Of a DNA stretch of 64,000 bases, positions 59,926 to 64,000 are shown piece after piece. Below the pieces are notes generated by a model. That model made no database searches, had not been told where the DNA came from, and saw nothing but the letters and a program-made list of their open reading frames with translations. Source of the DNA: Phyllosticta citribraziliensis (Eukaryota); contig NW_027117345.1 of assembly GCF_038025025.1 (NCBI RefSeq), positions 1,550,001-1,614,000 of the forward strand, given 5' to 3'. Both the position numbers and the translations under genes were made by a program. Within the stretch, counting starts at the first letter, position 1, and every line of letters starts with the position of its first letter.

Positions 59926-62682
59926 TCACACCCCAATCTCTTCCTCGATGCCTTCCATGGCCTCGAAACCGTCTCGAAGGTCCGTCGTCCTGGATCCAGC
60001 ACTGAGGTTGTCTGCAGATGACATTGCTTTGAACTTCCTGTCCTGCTCCTGCAAGCAGTTCAAGGCATCGTTCAGCTTGGCCTTGTCCCTCTGCAGCTCC
60101 CTCCTGCGCTGCTCGCGTGCTGGATCTTCGGCCAGAAGCGTCATGCAGTGCTCGGCTTCTCGGCAACAAAGCATTATCAAGTTGTGTCTGAGACCGCCTT
60201 CGCCAACGTTCTCGAATCCCTCAAATAGCTCCGCTGAGAGACTCTGGCAGATGTGGTCAACGAACCTCATGGACGCAATCGTGTAGTACGCGCGGACCTT
60301 GGACATGGCCTCCACTTCCCTTGCATAGGGGTCCGGGCCAAGTCTTTCCATGATTCTGTCTCTGTCGCCGTTGATCTTCCTTTGGCGCTCAGAATGACTT
60401 GGGACAGGTTTGCCCATGGATTTTGCCTCTTCCTCAAGAATTTCATGGCTGCGAGAAGTGAATCGCGCCGCCTTGAACGTTTCGAGTTCTTTCTTTTGAT
60501 TCATCGACAAAGCTTCTTCATTCTCCGTCATTGGCTTCAATCGCTCGAGACGAAGTGTTCGGGGCACCACGTCCACCCGCTGTACATGGATTGCCATGTT
60601 GAGAAGCTTGTGCGCCTCGCCGTTAGCCTCTCTCGCCAACTCGGTGGTCTTCCATGCTTTGAAGGCAAATTCCGAGGCCTGCTGTATGAGGTTCTTCAAG
60701 GCGTCTTCGACGCCGTCGATGAACGTCTTGGTAGGCGCGTCCCAGTGCGCGAGAGATTTCTTCCGCAAGTGATTGACGGCTTTCGGGTCGATCTCTCCGG
60801 GAATGTCAGAAGCCGTGTGGTCGTCGAGTTCCGTGCGGATCTGATCGAGGTTGATCCTCAGGGAAAATGGGCTGGATGACGACGGCCCCGCTCGAGTTGC
60901 GCCATTGGAAATCTTCTGTCGCTTGACCGGGCTGATGGCCGGGGCTGCTTCTTCTTCCACATCGGTGTTGACAAGATCAATGACATCTTGGTCCTGCCTT
61001 CGTTTGCCACCTCCCCTTGGCGACGAGAATGCAGGGCTTGCCCTCACCTGAGGAGGCGTGGGCTGCGGAGTCGCAACCCACTCAGATGGTGTCTTCACAA
61101 GCAATATCGGCCTCTGCTTCTTGATGCCCTCGGTGAATGCGGAGCGAAGAGTCTTCAAATGGATGCGAAAGTCATTTTCGGGATAGTCGCCCTTGATTTG
61201 AGCCGAGATCTTTTCGGTAAATCTATTGATCGCGGTGCACACTATGCTCTGAGCAGCCGATGCAGAAGGTCGCTCTGGAAGATGGGCCAACTCTTCATCG
61301 ATTTTGGCGAGATGCTGCTCCACTCTTTCGCGGATGCTAGGCAGGCTCTCTAGGATCTGTTGGGCAAGCATGGTGGATAACCTTTCCTGGAGCTTTTCGG
61401 TACCGAATCTCTCTTGGAACATGGCGAAGTCGGAATTCCATGGCTCAGTTTCCTCGAAAAAAGACTTTTCACGGAGTCTCGCGGTTGTGTGGTCCATTTC
61501 GCGACCCAAGTCCACCTGCGAAGGGTTCTTCACAACATGGAATCCGTGACCACAGGCGAACAATTTGCCATCCAGGATACGGCGCCATCGATCCAACAAC
61601 TCTCCCTCTGGCAAGCGATCTGGCTTTGTGAGGATTCCAAGCGTGCGATCCTTGGCGTGGGCTCTTTGCGAGTAAACCAGGCCCATCGCTTTCGAGTTCT
61701 GGATGTCACCCTCCATCGCGCAGCACAGCAAGACCGTGGCATTGTCTGTCGCCACATACTTGTAGACCAAGGCCTCTACCATGGACGTAAGCCAGGGACT
61801 ATCCTTTTCCGCCTGGGCAATGACGCCAGGTAGATCGTAGAAAGACAAGTTGGGAAGTCCTGGGGCAGAAATGTCAAGACAAACGATGTTGGGAGAGAAG
61901 TCGGTTTGGATGTCCTCTGATGGCAAGATGTCCATCCTCGCGTACTCGGTGGGGTTTGATTTAGGGTTCAGAATTGCCAGCTGGGCCCGACGTATGACCT
62001 CTCGCAATTCATTCTTGTTGAAAACAGTCTTGAAACGGAACGTGGTTGTGTCAGCATGGTGCCATGGGTAGAATGGCTGAGTTTCGTCTCCAGGCTCGGC
62101 ATAGGCGAACTCGTGCCTGATGGACACCTCGCAACGCCATTGTGCGTTGGGCTCTTGTTTGTCCGTAAGCGTGATCTGCATGGGACATCGCGTGCAGGTG
62201 CCGGTGCTGCGTGGCACCTGAATGCCAGAGATGGCATTGATGACTGAGCTTTTGCCGGCGCTTTGGTCGCCAACGACGACAATCTTGGGCGTGTTGCCGG
62301 CGACGTGGTTGATTCCGAGGGTTTCAATGTGGGTGATTGTCTCAACCAGCTCTCTGATGTACTTGCCCACATTTTCAAGAGGCTGAGTTTCGGGCATGGC
62401 TGTGACTACGACACATGTCAGCTTCAATCGCTGGGGGTTGAAGGCAATGGAGGCATCCGTACCAGACCTGCGAGACGGGGCTTGCTGATCGTTGAGGGTT
62501 TCCTGTTTGACTCTTGTAGCCAGTGACTCGGTCTTTGCACGCTGATTCTGTGCAGGCGCTACTCCGGCAGATGAGGTCCCTTCCACAGTCCCGGCATCCA
62601 CCAGCTCGACACTTGGTCGCTGTGATGGCTGGCGAGCGAGACGGCTGCCTCCGGCGCTGGTAGAGTTCCTGCGACCTGGCAT
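59926..62682 (-). CDS. Dynamin-family GTPase, Mx-like fungal subgroup
   Basis: G1 GDQSAGKSS, G2 CTRCP, G3 DLPG and G4 TKPD. Middle domain and GED (AYYTIASMRFVDHI…LLAEDP). Confidence 0.92.
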   Translation of the reverse strand: MPGRRNSTSAGGSRLARQPSQRPSVELVDAGTVEGTSSAGVAPAQNQRAKTESLATRVKQETLNDQQAPSRRSGTDASIAFNPQRLKLTCVVVTAMPETQPLENVGKYIRELVETITHIETLGINHVAGNTPKIVVVGDQSAGKSSVINAISGIQVPRSTGTCTRCPMQITLTDKQEPNAQWRCEVSIRHEFAYAEPGDETQPFYPWHHADTTTFRFKTVFNKNELREVIRRAQLAILNPKSNPTEYARMDILPSEDIQTDFSPNIVCLDISAPGLPNLSFYDLPGVIAQAEKDSPWLTSMVEALVYKYVATDNATVLLCCAMEGDIQNSKAMGLVYSQRAHAKDRTLGILTKPDRLPEGELLDRWRRILDGKLFACGHGFHVVKNPSQVDLGREMDHTTARLREKSFFEETEPWNSDFAMFQERFGTEKLQERLSTMLAQQILESLPSIRERVEQHLAKIDEELAHLPERPSASAAQSIVCTAINRFTEKISAQIKGDYPENDFRIHLKTLRSAFTEGIKKQRPILLVKTPSEWVATPQPTPPQVRASPAFSSPRGGGKRRQDQDVIDLVNTDVEEEAAPAISPVKRQKISNGATRAGPSSSSPFSLRINLDQIRTELDDHTASDIPGEIDPKAVNHLRKKSLAHWDAPTKTFIDGVEDALKNLIQQASEFAFKAWKTTELAREANGEAHKLLNMAIHVQRVDVVPRTLRLERLKPMTENEEALSMNQKKELETFKAARFTSRSHEILEEEAKSMGKPVPSHSERQRKINGDRDRIMERLGPDPYAREVEAMSKVRAYYTIASMRFVDHICQSLSAELFEGFENVGEGGLRHNLIMLCCREAEHCMTLLAEDPAREQRRRELQRDKAKLNDALNCLQEQDRKFKAMSSADNLSAGSRTTDLRDGFEAMEGIEEEIGV

Positions 62683-63811
62683 TGGTGTAGAGGACAAAGG
62701 TTGCGAGCAACAAAACAGCAGGCAGGGCGTGAAGTGAGTGAAGAAGAACGGTGCAGAGAGGTGATTGGAGTTGGAGAGGTGGGAGGAGGATGGTGGGCGA
62801 GGTCGCTTTTTAAAATAAATCGCGAGCTAGGTCTGTCGGCGGGGCAGCAGCTGGGGTTGTTTGGTGAAAGCGTGGATGGGCTGTGGGTGGGTGGTGGATG
62901 TCCCAGAGCAACAACAGAAGTTTACGAGAACCTGTGAACCGTCCGTGGCCAGCGACCAGAGACGATGCTGCAAACTGGGTTCCTGCGGAGGCAGAAGACG
63001 GCAAAATTGCAAAGATGTAGTATATGGACACGCCACGGCTGATGCATGTCCTGAGAGAGGTGGTTGGGAGCATCCACAACGGTAGCCGGAGGCGCCGTGA
63101 AGATGGATATCCCAATACATTACGGAGAGTCACAGAGCATCGTGAAGGCCGGGACAGTGCCTGGATACAGATACAGGTCTTTGAGTTTCTCAAGGCAGGG
63201 GGGCCCTGGAAAATATGCATGCACTGTGAGATACAGAAGTGGACTCCGTGGTAGCCGTAAGGTTGGAGGGTTCGCTTACGGCTCGTCGTGGTGTTTGGCT
63301 GCGACCTCGACCAAAGTTCCCCGACTTCTCGTGCCTTTCTACAGCCTCTTCACAGCGCATTGGATCCTGATTCCAACGCGACCCGCTCCTGCAGGTTGTA
63401 CAATGTCCCGCGCGCTCCGGTGGTCGTCATCGCGTGATGGGCTTGGCCTTGGCTTTGCGTCTGGCGCTGTGCCCTCTCTCGACTGTGGCAATGAGCCGGA
63501 GAGCTGTTGCAGGGTCACCAGACATGGTCCAAGCCGCCAGTGCAGTCAATTCTGTGGCGGTCGACAACGGAATGCCATCGAGAAGCAATGCCCGGCCGAT
63601 GCGTGGTTGATGGGCGCGAGTCGTCGTGTCGGCCATTTTCGAGGACGCGCCTTGAGTCGGCCTCCGCTGACCGCCTTCCCGCCCTCCAAGGGTCCGCGTC
63701 GCGTACTACCAGCCAGGGCAGGACTCCTTGCGCCGCTGCCCAGCCCGCCGTCACTCGGGAAAGCTGTCCTCTGCTCGATCCCTCTGATGCCAAACCCCCC
63801 CTTCTCGATTC

Positions 63812-63837
63812 TTGACTTGACCTGACTTGACTTGACC
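63812..63837. repeat. (TTGAC)n imperfect pentanucleotide microsatellite
   Basis: ttgacttgacctgacttgacttgacc read directly. Confidence 0.8.
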
Positions 63838-64000
63838 ATGAGCCTCCAAGTTCCTCTCAGAGCAAAGATGCCCGGCCATGCCCCCTCCACCAAGGCTGTC
63901 ATTCTGGTGCGCCGAGCTCCACTGTTTTCTGTCCACGAGCACCTTGCTAACACTCAATCCAGGTCGGTGGTCCCTCCAGAGGAACACGCTTCAGGCCCTT

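Noticed and set aside
62810..63987. Several 130-250 aa ORFs at the window end
   Set aside because: Random-looking composition, mutually overlapping, no motifs.
1..64000. tRNA, rRNA, transposon, RIP-mutated repeat or telomeric array
   Set aside because: No cloverleaf or T-loop context, transposase/RT motifs, terminal repeats, strongly TpA-rich tracts or (TTAGGG)n arrays seen by eye. A tRNAscan/Rfam/RepeatMasker run would be needed to be certain.

Overview
Intron-containing eukaryotic DNA from a filamentous ascomycete (Pezizomycotina; a Dothideomycete is plausible but cannot be proven here). It holds about 19 protein-coding genes with GT-AG introns and CTRAC/CTAAY branch sites. I saw no rRNA, tRNA, transposon or CRISPR signal. 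The left arm (0.6-18.6 kb) has an F-box-like protein, an Atf1/AtfA bZIP factor, HIU hydrolase, a C2-RasGAP and a Ser-rich conserved protein. A gene-sparse, visually less GC-rich block (about 19.6-34.5 kb) has an ascorbate-oxidase-type multicopper oxidase, two tandem Rieske-oxygenase genes and a Pth11-like membrane protein. The right arm has cyclophilin-40, an MFS transporter, a calpain with 13 GRGGYN repeats, PTPA/Rrd1, a divergent esterase and amidase pair, an Mx-like dynamin and three hypothetical proteins. The main finding is that the two Rieske genes are complementary halves. Gene A keeps the mononuclear-iron catalytic site but lacks the [2Fe-2S] subdomain. Gene B keeps the [2Fe-2S] ligands and has a membrane anchor but lacks the iron site. 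Both have an intron at the same position. This suggests a split, obligate-heteromeric fungal Rieske monooxygenase. All gene models were assembled by eye, so boundaries are approximate where stated.
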